Source of the DNA: Felis catus
Lineage: Eukaryota
DNA: 64,000 nt
Assembly: GCF_018350175.1 (NCBI RefSeq)
Contig: NC_058372.1
Coordinates: 32,054,001 to 32,118,000, forward strand
Direction of reading: 5' to 3'
Below the pieces are notes generated by a model, which saw only the letters and a list, made by a program, of their open reading frames with translations, ran no database searches and had not been told where the DNA came from. How positions within the stretch are numbered: position 1 is the first letter of the stretch; every line of letters starts with the position of its first letter. This document shows positions 51,001 to 63,585 of this stretch, piece after piece. Made by a program: the position numbers and the translations under genes.

Positions 51001-51229
51001 AATCTTCTCCCCTAAAGCTCACCTCTTCAAACAGCTTCTCATTCTCCAACTTGTAGCATTTCTTGCCGCCAGAACTACTGCTTCCTCCAGCCCCATGGGG
51101 CTGAGAGGAGCCAGGGGCTTCTGGCCGGGGTGAGGCCGGATTGGGGGGTGGGTGGGAGGGACCTGGCTGAGCAGCTGCTTCATCTTCGTCATCATCATCC
51201 AGCACGATGATGCTGTTAGCGGTGGCCAT
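48028..51229 (-). CDS. DAXX: Death domain-associated protein 6 (H3.3 chaperone), about 749 aa
   Basis: Coding exons 51229-51023, 50869-50038, 49912-49698, 49541-49307, 49151-48674, 48515-48293, 48087-48028 total 2250 nt. N-terminal SIM (IIVLDDDD), histone-binding domain, acidic tract, C-terminal SIM (PEEIIVLSDSD). Confidence 0.98.
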
Positions 51230-52259
51230 GGGGGATCAAATCCCCCGGAGGGAGGAGGTGTTGGGGATTTCGGAACTCCTGCTGGAAGGGGATGGGGCCT
51301 CAGAAAGAGCCCCTCCAGCACAGCCCATCCCTCATCTCACACACTTTCCAATCTTCTTGGGTTTCAGTAACACCCAGCCCTGCCCAACAGTGTCCTCAAC
51401 TGCCTGTCTTCCAGCAACTGTTAGTACCATATGCTTTTCTGGCCCTTTGCATAAGGAAGCCCCAAACCACCTGAAACCCTTAAGTCCCCACCCCCAGCTC
51501 CACCCCTCTTGTCGATATCCAAGCTTTCTTTCTGTTTCATTGCCCCACTTCTCAGACATTCATTTCCCCAATTCTCATACTTGCCAAGTTGATTCTTCCA
51601 ACCCCTGGACCGCCTCCCACATTGCACTCCAGATTCCCTCGACGTTCCCTCGCAGATACCACACCCCCGGCAGCACCACCTCCTGAGCCTTCCCCGTTTC
51701 GCTCTCAAACACGTCAAATCCACACCCTCATCCCATCCTGAAGGATCACCCCCAACTCCTAGACACTCTGAGGTGAAGGAGGTTCCCTCCCAATAATCCA
51801 TTCCCCTTTCTCCTCCTTGAATTATCTTCATACTCCGCCCTCCGACGGGGCTCCTTAAACCGGGGCGTCAGGTTGGAGAGATCTCACCTCAATCCCCTCC
51901 CTCTTACCCCACCCGAATTTCCCCCATTCTCTCTCTGTGACCTGTAACCGATTGTGAGCCCAGCAGTGAGCTGTCCCGATTCCTCTCAAATCCCAACCTG
52001 GCGTCTGACCCCTTCCTCTAGATGAGCTTCCCGCCAAGTCCCCCTCCCCCAGTTCGGCCCCCGGCCACCCCACTCCCCTTCAGGGATAGGAAGGAAGGTA
52101 CCATAGCTTGTCCCTCAGACTCAGCGCCCGGAACTCCCCAATACCTCTCCCTCGACATTCCCGCCCCCGCCTTCGCTCCCCACACCGTCCGGCCCCCACC
52201 TCAGAAACGGTCTCTCGAGGCGACCCTCGCTGCTGATCTCAGAACCTCGCATGGTTCCC

Positions 52260-52640
52260 TCCGCCTTCCTTCCCCCTCCCACCGCAGGCCCTTCTCTGGA
52301 CCGGAAGCCGCCGAGTTTCCGCCTACAGCCACATAAGCGCGGCCATATTGTCGTACGGCGCCCGGACCACGCCTCACCCTGCGGCAGGAAGTGGTGGTAG
52401 ACCCGCCCCCATCTCCAGTGACGCCCACACAGTCTGCGGCTCCCTTTCCTGTGACCAGTAGGGGGCGCTGTTGCCTCCTCAGGGCGTCCCAAACTACCTG
52501 GGGGCCGCCATCTTGCCGTACGGTATTGGCTACGCCCGGACTAGGGCGCGCCGCCGGCAGAGCTCTTTTCACCCGGTGCTTCTGCGACTCAGCCAATTAG
52601 AAACTTCCTGCATCCGGCCCAACCGCCGGCGGGTCGCGTG
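52260..52640 (-). promoter_or_regulatory. DAXX CpG-island promoter
   Basis: ETS (CCGGAAG 52301, CAGGAAGT 52385), YY1-like GCCATATTG and CGCCATCTTG (52506), CCAAT boxes, consensus CTCF motif CCAGTAGGGGGCGC 52455-52468. Confidence 0.8.
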
Positions 52641-53818
52641 CGGGAAGGACTGAGCCACCTTTCCAAGTGGGGAAGGGGGAACGGAACAGGAGAGCCAAGG
52701 GATTGGGCCCTCCAAGACTACGCAAGGGTGCAGGAAAGAACGAGCGTCTCTTAAGAGGGAAAAAAGCCCTTTTCCTTCCGCTGGGCCGTTGACCAGCCTT
52801 CCGGCGCTGCTTTCCTACCTGCCCGGTACCCTTTCCACGGTTTAATCGACTGAGCCTGCCCCTTCCCTTTTACCGGCTGCCCGCTCCCTTGCCGCTGTCC
52901 AGCAGCTACTATTACTTCCAGGTGTCTATATCTCCCAACCGTGAAATCATAACAAATGCGTACAGATGAGCACAATGAGCTATACAAATGTGTTCTTACT
53001 ATTACCGCTATTGTTATTGATTCCTCTCTAAGCGCCTCCATGGAACTAATGACCAACCAAGTAGGTGGGAGCTAGGTGGTTCTCCGTTCTTTTCTGGAGA
53101 GGGTCCCCCAAAGTGCAGGCGGTGATGACCTGGAGGCCGAGCTTTGTCCAGGAGCTCCAGGGCCTTAGGACGGCGATATGGGGGTAGGGGTGGGGGGCCG
53201 TGAGAAGAATCTGTGCAGATTGCCGCTGTGAGGGCTGGCAGACGAAGTGAGACTCGTAAAATACCTTGGGTCTCGACTCGTCCCTTTCTCTTCCTCTGGG
53301 GAAACTGAGGAAAGAACGAAGAGAGAAGAAACTGACTTCGACGCCCGCCTCGCCCGCACCCCCTACCTCACTCAACTTTAGGGAGGCTGGAAGGACTCGT
53401 GGAGGCCAGGGTGGGTCCAGATGTGAACTTATGGGGAAGCCAGAACAGTTAACACGGAGATTCCCATCCCCTGCATCCTTTGGCTTTCTACAAGTGGTGA
53501 CCATCTTGCCACTATTAGGACGCGGAGGTTCTTAGATCCTTAAGCCCTCACTGTACCAGAGCCTCAAACCTGCCCTTCCATTAAAGAATCCCACACCATC
53601 TAAGCCTATAGTCTTCAAATTAGGGAACATGAAAATTCCCTCAAAGGGTACTCGGCCTTAGGAGACGATAAGGATTTAATTTCTAGATCCTCAACTTTCG
53701 CAAGATTGTTCTTACTGAGTAAATGCTTGCAGTTGAGGTTCTCCTTCTTCCCGGTCCCTTTAATAATCGACTTCCTCATCTCTTAAACAAACAAACAAAC
53801 AAAACCCAAAAAGGTATG

Positions 53819-53858
53819 CGGGCATACCTCATTTTATTGTGCCTCACAGATACTGTAG

Positions 53859-53900
<42 letters not shown>

Positions 53901-56900
53901 ACCAATTGAAGGTTTGTGGCAGCCTTGGGTTGAGCAAGTCTATCGGCACGGTTTTTTTTTTTCCTTTTTTTTAAAGATTTTATTTTATTTTATTTTTAAT
54001 ATTTATTTATTTTTGAGACAGAGAGAGACAGAGCATGAGCAGGGGAGGGGCAGAGAGAGAGGGAGACAGAATCCAAGGCAGGCTCCAGGCTCTGAGCTGT
54101 CAGCACAGAGCCTGACGCGGGGCTCGAACTCACGAACCACAAGATCATGACCTGAGCTGAATTTGGACACTCAACCAACTGAGCCACCCAGGCTCCCCTA
54201 AAGATTTTATTTTTAAGGAATCTCTACACCCAACGTGGGGCTTGAACCCAAAACCCCAGGATCAAGAGTCACATGCTGTACTGACTGAGCCAGCCAGGTG
54301 CTCCTGCTGACACCCTTTTTCTAACAGCATTTGTTCATTTCGTGGTTCAGTGCCATATTTTGGTAAGTACTGCAATATTTCAAACTTTTTTGTTATTTTT
54401 ACTTTTGTCATGGTAATCTGTGATCAGTTACTATTATAACTGTTTGGGGGTAACACAAATGACACCCATATAAAGACAGTGAACTTAATAAATACCGTGT
54501 GTGTGTGCTGACTGTTCCACTGACCAGCTGTTCCCCATCTCTCTCCCTCTCCTCAGCCTTCCCTATTCTCTGAGACACAAGGATATTGAAATTAATAACC
54601 CTGCAATGGCCTCTAAGTGTTTAAGTGAAAGAAAGAGTCACATGTCTCTCACTTTAAATCAAAAGCTAGGGGTGCCGGGGTGGCTCACTGGGTTAAGTGT
54701 ACAATTTCGGCTCAGGTCATGATCTTGTGGTTTGTGGGTTTGAGCCCTGCATCCGACTCTATGCCGACAGGTTAGAGCCTGGAGCCTGCTTCTGATTCTG
54801 TGTCTCCCTCTCTCTCTCTCCCCCTCCCCTGCTCTCTCTCTCTCTCTCTCTCTCTCTCAGAAATAAACATTAAAAAAGATCAATCCGTCAAAAGCTAGAA
54901 ATGATTAAGCGTAGGAAGGAAGGCATGTTGAAAGCTGAGACAAGCCGAAAGCTAGACCTCTTGTGCCAGACAGGCTGTGACTGCAAAGGAAATGGTCTTG
55001 AAGGAAATTAAAAGTGCTACTCCAGGGGCGCCTGGGTGGCTCAGTCAGTTGAGCGTCCGACTTCGGCTCAGGTCATGATCTCACAGTTCGTGGGTTCGAG
55101 CCCCGCATCAGGCTCTGTGCTGTCCGCTTGCTCAGAGCCTGGAGACTGCTTCAGATTCTGTGTCTCCTACTCTCTCTGCCCCTCCCCCGTTCACGCTTTG
55201 TCTCACTCTGTTTCTCAAAAATAAATGTAAAAAAAAAAAGTGCTACTCCAGTGAACACATGAATCATAAGAAAGCAGCACGGACTTACTGATGATATGGA
55301 AGATGCTTGGGGGGTCTAGATAGAAGATCAAACCAGCCACAACATTCTCTCAAAGACCTTAACTCTCTTCAATTACGTGAAGGCTGAGAGGCTGCAGAAG
55401 AAAACTTGGAAGCTTGCAGTGGTTGGTTCATGAGGTATAAAGAAAGAAGCCATCTTCCCAACATAAAAAAGCAAGGTGAAGCAGCAGATGCTGACGTAGA
55501 AGCTGCAGCAAGTTATCTGGCAGACCTAGCTAAGATAATTAACAAAAGTGGCTACACCAAACAACAGATATTCGGTGTAGATGAAACAGTCTTCTCCTGA
55601 AAGAAGATACTATCTGGGGCTTTCATAACTAGAGAGGAGAAGTCAGTGCCTGGCTTCAAAGCTTCAAATGACAGGCTTACTCTCTNNNNNNNNNNNNNNN
55701 NNNNNNNNNNNNNNNNNNNNNNNNNNNNNNNNNNNNNNNNNNNNNNNNNNNNNNNNNNNNNNNNNNNNNNNNNNNNNNNNNNNNNNNNNNNNNNNNNNNN
55801 NNNNNNNNNNNNNNNNNNNNNNNNNNNNNNNNNNNNNNNNNNNNNNTTACTGCTAAGCCCTACTTTGAGACCTACTGCTCAGAAAGAAAGATTCCTTTCT
55901 GGGGGCACCTGGGTGGCTCAGTCGGTTGGATGTCCGGCTCTTGATCTGGGCTCAGGTTGTGATCTCACTGTTTGCGAACTCAAGCGCCACGTCGGGCTCT
56001 GTGCTGACAGTGCAGAGCCTGCTTGGGATTCTCTCCCTCTCTCTCTCTCTGCACCTCCCCCCAAATAAATAAACTTTAAAAANNNNNNNNNNNNNNNNNN
56101 NNNNNNNNNNNNNNNNNNNNNNNNNNNNNNNNNNNNNNNNNNNNNNNNNNNNNNNNNNNNNNNNNNNNNNNNNNNNNNNNNNNNNNNNNNNNNNNNNNNN
56201 NNNNNNNNNNNAAGGAGTAATTTCGGCTTTCAGGTCTTATTATTTAAGAAATACATTTCATAAAGCTGTCGTTGGTATACACAGTGATTCCTCTAATGGA
56301 TTTAGGTGAAGTAAACTGAAAACCTTCTCAAAAGGATCCACCAATGTAGATGTATTAGGAACATTTGTGGTTCATGGGAAGAGGACAAAATGTTAATATT
56401 AATAAGAGTCTGAAAGAAGTTGACTCTAACTCTCACGGATGACTTTGAGAGGTTCAAGACTTCAGTGGAGGAAGTGACTTCAGATGTGACCGAATTGGCT
56501 GCAATCTNNNNNNNNNNNNNNNNNNNNNNNNNNNNNNNNNNNNNNNNNNNNNNNNNNNNNNNNNNNNNNNNNNNNNNNNNNNNNNNNNNNNNNNNNNNNN
56601 NNNNNNNNNNNNNNNNNNNNNNNNNNNNNNNNNNNNNNNNNNNNNNNNNNNNNNNNNNNNNNNNNNNNNNNNNNNNNNNNNNNNNNNNNNNNNNNNNNNN
56701 NNNNNNNNNNNNNNNNNNNNNNNNNNNNNNNNNNNNNNNNNNNNNNNNNNNNNNNNNNNNNNNNNNNNNNNNNNNNNNATGCAGCAAACCTCATTGTTGT
56801 CTTATTTTAAGAAATTGGCACAGCCATCCCAACCTTCAGCAACCACCACCCTGATCAGTCAGCAGCCACCAGCATCTAGGGAAGACCCTTCCCCAGCGAA

Positions 56901-57319
56901 AAGATTAAAACTCCCTGAAAGCTCAGATGATGTTTAGCATTTTTAGCAGTATTAAGTTTATTTATTTATGTTGAGAGAGCGAGCATGTGCATGCAAGTTG
57001 GAGAAGGGGAGAGAGAGGGAGAGAGAGAGAACCCCAGAGGGGCTCCGAACCCATAAACCATACTGAGCTGAAGTCAGGTTCTCAGCTGACTGAGCCACCC
57101 AGGCACCCCAGCAATAAAGTATTTTTAAGTTAAGGTATGTATGTTGGGTTTTTTTAAACACATAATGCTATCGTGCACTTAATGGACTACAGTATCACGT
57201 AAACATAACCTTTATATGCACTGGAAAAGCAAAAAAGCTCCTTTGACTTTCTTTATTGCGATATTCGCTTTATTGTGGTCATCTGGAACAGAACCTGCAT
57301 TATCTCTAAGATATGCCTG
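53819..57319 (+). mobile_element. Apparently full-length, decayed Tigger1 DNA transposon with about six CAN-SINE insertions
   Basis: 5' CGGGCATACCTCATTTTATTG, 3' ...GATATGCCTG; transposase remnants [33 protein letters not shown] with stops; SINE at 55025 has TSD AAAAGTGCTACTCCA; (GT)n at 53860-53897. Confidence 0.9.
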
Positions 57320-57534
57320 TGGTCGTCAATCATGAAATCTGGGGCTAATCTTGTCTTAAAGGGACATGTAGCCTATTTCTTTCATCAAGGTACCATAAAC
57401 ACCACCTCTCTTGTCTCATTAAACATGTACTTTCAATTTTTAATCATTTAAAAACTGTGTGCAATCTTGATGCTATTTAAATCAGTTCTGTTCTCATAAT
57501 AATTATAATGATAACAGAGAAGAAAATTTTTTTA

Positions 57535-58397
57535 AAAAATTTTTTTTATGTTTATTTATTTTTGAGACAGAGAGAGACAGAGCATGAACGGGGGAGGGTC
57601 AGAGAGAGGGAGACACAGAATCTGAAACAGGCTCCAGGCTCTGAGCTGTCAGCACAGGGCCTGACGACGCGGGGCTCAAACTCACGGGCTGTGAAATCAT
57701 GACCTGAGCCGAAGTCGGCCGCTTAACCGACTGAGCCACCCAGGCGCCCCGAGAAGAAAAATTTTTAAAAACTTTGCTGTCTATAGTCACAACAAAGAAA
57801 AACATTTTTCATCTCAATTAATATGTATATGCAAGAAAATATGATTGATTGGTCAGTAAAAGACTTTCAAGTATAAAAGTATAAAATTGTCTGTGGAGAA
57901 GTGGACTGGTAATAGCTGTTCAAGGGGGAAAAAAGTCGCGAAAGAAGGAAGAGAATAATCCTGTAGTTATGAGTTTGTTTGTTTATTTTAAAATGTGAAT
58001 GCTTTCCTTTTTTCTTTTTTTAAAGTTTTTTAAAAATGTGTATTTATTTTTGAAGGGGAGAGACACAGAGCATGAGCCCGTAAGGGGCAGGGAAAGAGGG
58101 AGACACAGAATCTCTGTCAGCACAGAGCCCGACATGGGCCTCGAACTCACCAACCATGAGATCATGACCTGAGCCAAAGTGTGACAACTGAGCCACCCAG
58201 ACGCCCCTATTTTCCTTTACAAAAAAATGTTTATTTTGAAAGAGAGCACATGCATGAATGGGAGAGGGTCAGAGAGAGAAGAGGACAGAGGATCCACGCT
58301 GACAGCAGAGCCTGCCTTGGGGCTCGAACCCAAGAACCGGAGATCACGACCGGAGCTAAAGTCGGGCGCTTCACCGACTGAGCCACCCAGGTTCCCC
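57535..58397 (-). mobile_element. Three CAN-SINEs (57535-57750, about 58020-58207, about 58226-58397)
   Basis: Reverse SINE heads; the first is flanked by TSD GAGAAGAAAA. Confidence 0.88.
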
Positions 58398-58652
58398 AAG
58401 ATGTGAATATCTGCAATCGGCCAGAAAGTCCATCCTTGAAACAATTTTCATTTATGATGAAAAACTGTAGATGATTACTTAAGCATATGTGAGAAGTACA
58501 AACCTTTTCAAAAAATTTTCCCAGAGTATAGGTGCAAAAATTTTAAGACAGCTGTGCAAGTGTCCCCTCCACAGCCCCCTACATTCTATTTCCCTCTTGT
58601 CCCCACCTCTCACCTCTGTCGCAGGGGAAGACAATGTTTATAGGAAAGGTGG

Positions 58653-58895
58653 TCACAATTCCAGCTCCTCCTCCTTCTGAGGTGTTCTCAGGAGCCAGTC
58701 CCCAAACTTTGCCCACGGTAGCAGCCACAGCAGCTTATAAACAGCCTCCAGTGTCAGTAGCATCAGGAAGAGGACCAGGAAGATAAAGAAGGCCTTGTCC
58801 AAGGCCCGACGCAGGGGACCTCTGGGAGGACAAGGACGCCTGGCAAACGCCAGGAACACATCCTCCTCAGCCACATCACCTTCCTCCTCCGCCAT
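58653..58895 (-). CDS. SMIM40: Small integral membrane protein 40, 80 aa
   Basis: MAEEEGDVAEEDVFLAFA...RALDKAFFIFLVLFLMLLTLEAVYKLLWLL...PQKEEELEL; single TM segment; syntenic position upstream of DAXX; recognised from memory of the human protein. Confidence 0.9.
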   Translation of the reverse strand: MAEEEGDVAEEDVFLAFARRPCPPRGPLRRALDKAFFIFLVLFLMLLTLEAVYKLLWLLPWAKFGDWLLRTPQKEEELEL

Positions 58896-59802
58896 ACTAA
58901 CTCACAGCTGACAGCTGACTGGATCAGCGGGGCTGGGATGGGAGCCCTTGCTCAGCAACACCGGGATTAAGGGGCATGGCAGCAGCAAGCCCTGAACCTG
59001 CTTGGGTTGACCCTAATTCCCCCATCAAAGACAGAAAGGCGGCAATCGTATAACCATCCCGTGCAATGTGAAAGGTCTGGACTAAGTGATTCCTAAAGTC
59101 TGTCCACCTTTACTGCAACTGTGTCTTCGCAACACGGAGCCAGGCGAGCTGGAACGACTGCTGGAGTCATTCTGGGTCTCCAGGTTCAAGGCCCCACGTC
59201 TTTCGCCCCTACAGACAGAGGGTGAGCAATTGTAGCTGATGTGCCACCGTGAGCCGCTGTCAGCCCATTCCAGCTTTACCTTGGGTGGTGGGAGGAGGCC
59301 TGGGGGAAGGGCTCTCGGGGTCTATAGAAAGAGAAAGATCGTGATTGGTCAGCGGAGCCAGAGTGTGTAGTTGGGACTTAAGTGATGGCGCGATAATATG
59401 GGAGAGGGGTGGTGATTGGAGTTGTCGGCTGGGAGTGTCCTCCAGGAGGCTGTCGTTGGGGCAAGGGTTGAAGGCCTCTTCTTGGCCCTGTTCCCTAGGC
59501 ACTGGCCCCAAGGCCCATGTGGAGACCTGAGGACCCCCTGGGATAAGTGGGGCAGTACTGGGGTAGGGTAGCCAGTGGAGGGAGCAATGTATGGTTGTGG
59601 ACCTCATGCATAGAGCCTTTAGGATCTCTTACCTAAACTTCATTTTGACCTAATAGGAAGACCTTGCTCACCCCCAAAAAGGTACAAACGATGCCACGAT
59701 TTTGTTTAGAGCCAACTTCTGTTATTGTTTGCTGTCGCCACAAGAGGGTTGCTCTAAGAGTCAAAAAACCTAGATGGAGTCAAACTAATCACCTAGGACT
59801 TG

Positions 59803-60316
59803 TGTTAATTAAACAAGGCGGCCATTAGGCTGCATTAGCAAACCCAAATCTAAGCCTGTAAATTCCCCAAGGTTTGGAAATCAAAATGCTGAAGACAATC
59901 ACAGTCAACGAGGCTTTAAGCTATAGCCAGACAAATAATTGCTTTTCTTTGCTTCTGGACTTTATCTGTATAAGTCTTTCCCCTGGCTCCTGTCTGCAGA
60001 ATGTGCCTAAGCGCTTTTGGTTTGGTGCTACCCCATTCAAATCCGTTCATTCATTCATTCATTCATTCAGAGAGAAGGAGAGAGAGAGAGTGTGCATACA
60101 AGTTGGGGAGGGGCAGAGAGAAGGAAACAGAGGATCTGAAGCAGGCTCTGTGCTAACAGCAGAGAGCTGATTCGAGACTTGAACTCACAAACCATGAGAT
60201 CGTGACCTGAACTGAAGTCGGTCGCTCAACTGACTGAGCCACCCAGGCTCCCCTCAAATCCATTTTTACTCAAATAAACACTTTGAATTTTTAATATGCC
60301 TCAGTTTATCTATTAC
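59803..60316 (+). mobile_element. ERV1-class (MER34-like) solo LTR interrupted by a CAN-SINE (60045-60253)
   Basis: TGT start, TATAA-like box near 59969, AATAAA near 60273; SINE TSD TCAAATCC. Confidence 0.6.
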
Positions 60317-60534
60317 CTGTTTGTGAGTGTCATCTTGAGGAAGTCACTGAACTTTTTTTATAAAACTGAGAAATCTCTTGCTTCACAAAATTGTTATAAG
60401 GGACAAATAAAATAAGGGGTTTGTTTTGTTTTTGTTTGTAAATTGTGAAGTGCTATATTAACATAACATTAATTTCTGATACCCTCACTTATGTCTCAGA
60501 CAAGTTTACAATAAGTCTACACAAACACCTTTTC

Positions 60535-60856
60535 TTTTTCAAATTTTAATTTAAATTCTAGTTAGTTAATATTATAGCACAATATTGGACTCAGAAGTAG
60601 AATTCAGTAATTTATCACTTACATACAACACCCAGTGCTCATCATAACAAGTGCCCTCCTTAATACCCATCACCCATTTAGCCCATCAACCTCCCTCCAT
60701 CAACCCTCAGTTTGTTCTCTATTGTTAAGAGTCGCTTGGGGCACATGGGTGGCTCAATTGTTTGAGCATCCAACCCTTGCTTTTGGCTCAGGTCATGATC
60801 CCAGAGTCGTGGGATCCAGCTCCACATCAGGCTCCACACCTGTGGAGCCTATTTGG

Positions 60857-60925
<69 letters not shown>

Positions 60926-61875
60926 CCCTCTGCCCCTCTCCCCCACTCTCTCTCTAAAATAAAAAATTAAAACAAATATTCTCTCTATCCTTCTGCCCCT
61001 CTCCCTCACTCACAGCCTCTCTGTCTCACACTAAAAAACAAAACAAAACAAAACAAACAAACAAAAAAACCCCAATCTCTTATGGTTTGCTTCCTCTCTC
61101 TTTTTCCCCGTTCCCTATGTTCATCTGTTTTGTTTCTTAAATTCCACATATGAGTGGAATCATATGGTATTTGTCCTTCTCTGACTTATTTTGCTTAGCA
61201 TAATACATTCTAGCTCCATCCATGTCATTGCAAATGGCAAGAGTTCATTCTTTTTGATGACTGAGTAATATTCCATCATATATATACCACATCTTCTTTA
61301 TCCATTCATCAGTTGATGGACATTTGGGCTGTTTCCATAGTTTGTCTATTGTTGGGGGGCCTGGGTGGTTCAGTCAGTTAAGCGCCTTGATTTCAACTCA
61401 GGTCATGATCTCACATTCATGAGATCGACCTGGAGTTGGTCTCTGTGTTAACAGCTCAGAGCCTGCTTGGGATTCTCTTTCTCCCTCTCTCTCTCTGTCC
61501 CTCCCCCTCATGCTCATGCTCTCTCTCTCACTCTCTCAAAATAAAGAAGAAAGAAACATAAAAAAAAAAAAACACTGTGCACAGTTTTGCTATTGTTGAT
61601 AACGGTGCTATAAACATCAGGGTACATGTACTGCTTCAAATTTGTATTTTTGTATCATAGGGTAGTTCTATTTTTAACATTTTGAGGAATGAACCTCTAT
61701 ACTGTTTTCTGGAGTGGCTGCACCAGTTTGCATTCCCACCAACAGTGTAAGAGGGTTCCCCTTTCTCCACATCTGCACCAACATCTGTTGTTTCCTGTGT
61801 TGTTAATTTTAGCCATCGTGATGGGTGTGAGGTGGTATCTCACCATGGTTTTGATTTGTATTTCCCTGATGATGA
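60535..61875 (-). mobile_element. L1 3' fragment (carnivore type) with SINE insertions at 60738 and 61354
   Basis: ORF2 C-terminal remnant [17 protein letters not shown]...[24 protein letters not shown]. Confidence 0.88.
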
Positions 61876-62257
61876 GGCTATACAAACACCTTTATCTTTC
61901 CTTCTACATGATAGGTTTAGCACCAAGGTCTTGTGCAATATATAAACCCAGCACCTCAATGGATTTTTTTTTAATTTTGAAATAATTTCAAATTTACAGA
62001 AAACATTTAAGAATGGTATCAAGAAGGGGCACCTGGGTGGCTCAGTTGGTTAAACATCTGACTCTTAATCTCAGCTCAGGTCTTAATCTCAGATTATGAG
62101 TTCTAGCCCCACTTTGGGCTCTGTGCTGGGCATGAAGCCTACTTAAAAAAAAAAAAAAAGAATGGTATCAAAAACTCTGATATCTTTTTCACCCTAATTC
62201 CCCCATTCTACATGTGGATATATGTGCTCATTTCTCTCAACCCCAATATAACTATCT

Positions 62258-63585
62258 GTTAGGGGTTGCATTTTGACACATAAAATTCATATATTGAAGT
62301 CCTAATCCTCAGTGTCTTAAGAATGTGACTTTATTGGNNNNNNNNNNNNNNNNNNNNNNNNNNNNNNNNNNNNNNNNNNNNNNNNNNNNNNNNNNNNNNN
62401 NNNNNNNNNNNNNNNNNNNNNNNNNNNNNNNNNNNNNNNNNNNNNNNNNNNNNNNNNNNNNNNNNNNNNNNNNNNNNNNNNNNNNNNNNNNNNNNAGGCA
62501 ACAACAGCTGTTGGCGAGGATGTGGAAAGAGAGGATCTCTTTTGCATTGTTGGTGGGAATGCAAGCTGGTGCAGCCACTCTGGAAAACAGTACAGAGGTT
62601 CCTCAAAAGATTAAAAATAGAACTACCCTACAACCCAGCAATTGCACTACTAGGCATTTATCCAAGGGATACAGATATGCTGTTTCAAAGGGGCATATGC
62701 ACCCCAATGTTTATAGCAGCACTGTCAACAATAGCCAAANNNNNNNNNNNNNNNNNNNNNNNNNNNNNNNNNNNNNNNNNNNNNNNNNNNNNNNNNNNNN
62801 NNNNNNNNNNNNNNNNNNNNNNNNNNNNNNNNNNNNNNNNNNNNNNNNNNNNNNNNNNNNNNNNNNNNNNNNNNNNNNNNNNNNNNNNNNNNNNNNNTCA
62901 GAGAAATACAAAAATCATATGACTTCACTCGTATGAGGACTTTAAGACACAGAACAGATGAACACAAGGGAAGGGAAGCAAAAATAATATAAGAACAGGG
63001 AGGGGGATAAAACATAAGAGACTCTTAAATATGGAGAACAAACAGAGGTTTACTGGAGGGGTTGTGGGAGGGGGGAGGGGCTAAATGGGTAAGGGACATT
63101 AAGGAATCTACTCCTGAAATCATTGTTGCACTAGATGCTAACTAGCTTGCATGTAAATTTAAAAATTTTAATTTAATAAAAAAAGAATGCGACCTTATTT
63201 GGCAATAAGGTCATTGCAGATGTAATTGGATTAATTAAGATGAGGTCATATTGCAGTAAAGTGTACTCCTAATCCAATATGACTAATGTCATTACAAAAA
63301 GGGGAAATTTGGACCCAGATCTGCGTACAATGAGAATACCATGTGTACATGGAGGCAGAGATACGGTTGATGTGTCTACAAGCCAAGGAATGCCAAAGAT
63401 TGCCAGCAAACCACCAGAATCTAGGGGAGAGGCATGGAATAGACTTTTCTCTCATATCATCATTCAGAAAGAACCAAGCCTGCCAACACTATGACTTTGG
63501 ACTTCTGCCTTCAGAACTGTGAGACAATAAATTTCTATTGTTAAAGCCACCCAGTCTGTTACAACAGTCCTAGCAAACTAATACA
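62258..63585 (+). mobile_element. MLT1 LTR split by a 5'-truncated L1 (about 62336-63183)
   Basis: L1 ORF2 C-terminus [40 protein letters not shown]; TSD AAGAATGTGACTTTATT/AAGAATGCGACCTTATT; LTR ends agcaaactaataca. Confidence 0.85.

Noticed and set aside
54880-56860. Domesticated Tigger transposase (TIGD-like gene)
   Set aside because: Stops, frameshifts and several SINE insertions disrupt the frame.
59260-59607. 115-aa ATG ORF upstream of SMIM40
   Set aside because: No recognisable motif or homology; overlaps promoter-like elements; length compatible with chance.
24288-62160. tRNA-like A/B boxes and recurring MAQSVK.../VMISRFVSSSP ORFs
   Set aside because: All are heads of tRNA-derived CAN-SINEs, not tRNA genes or proteins.
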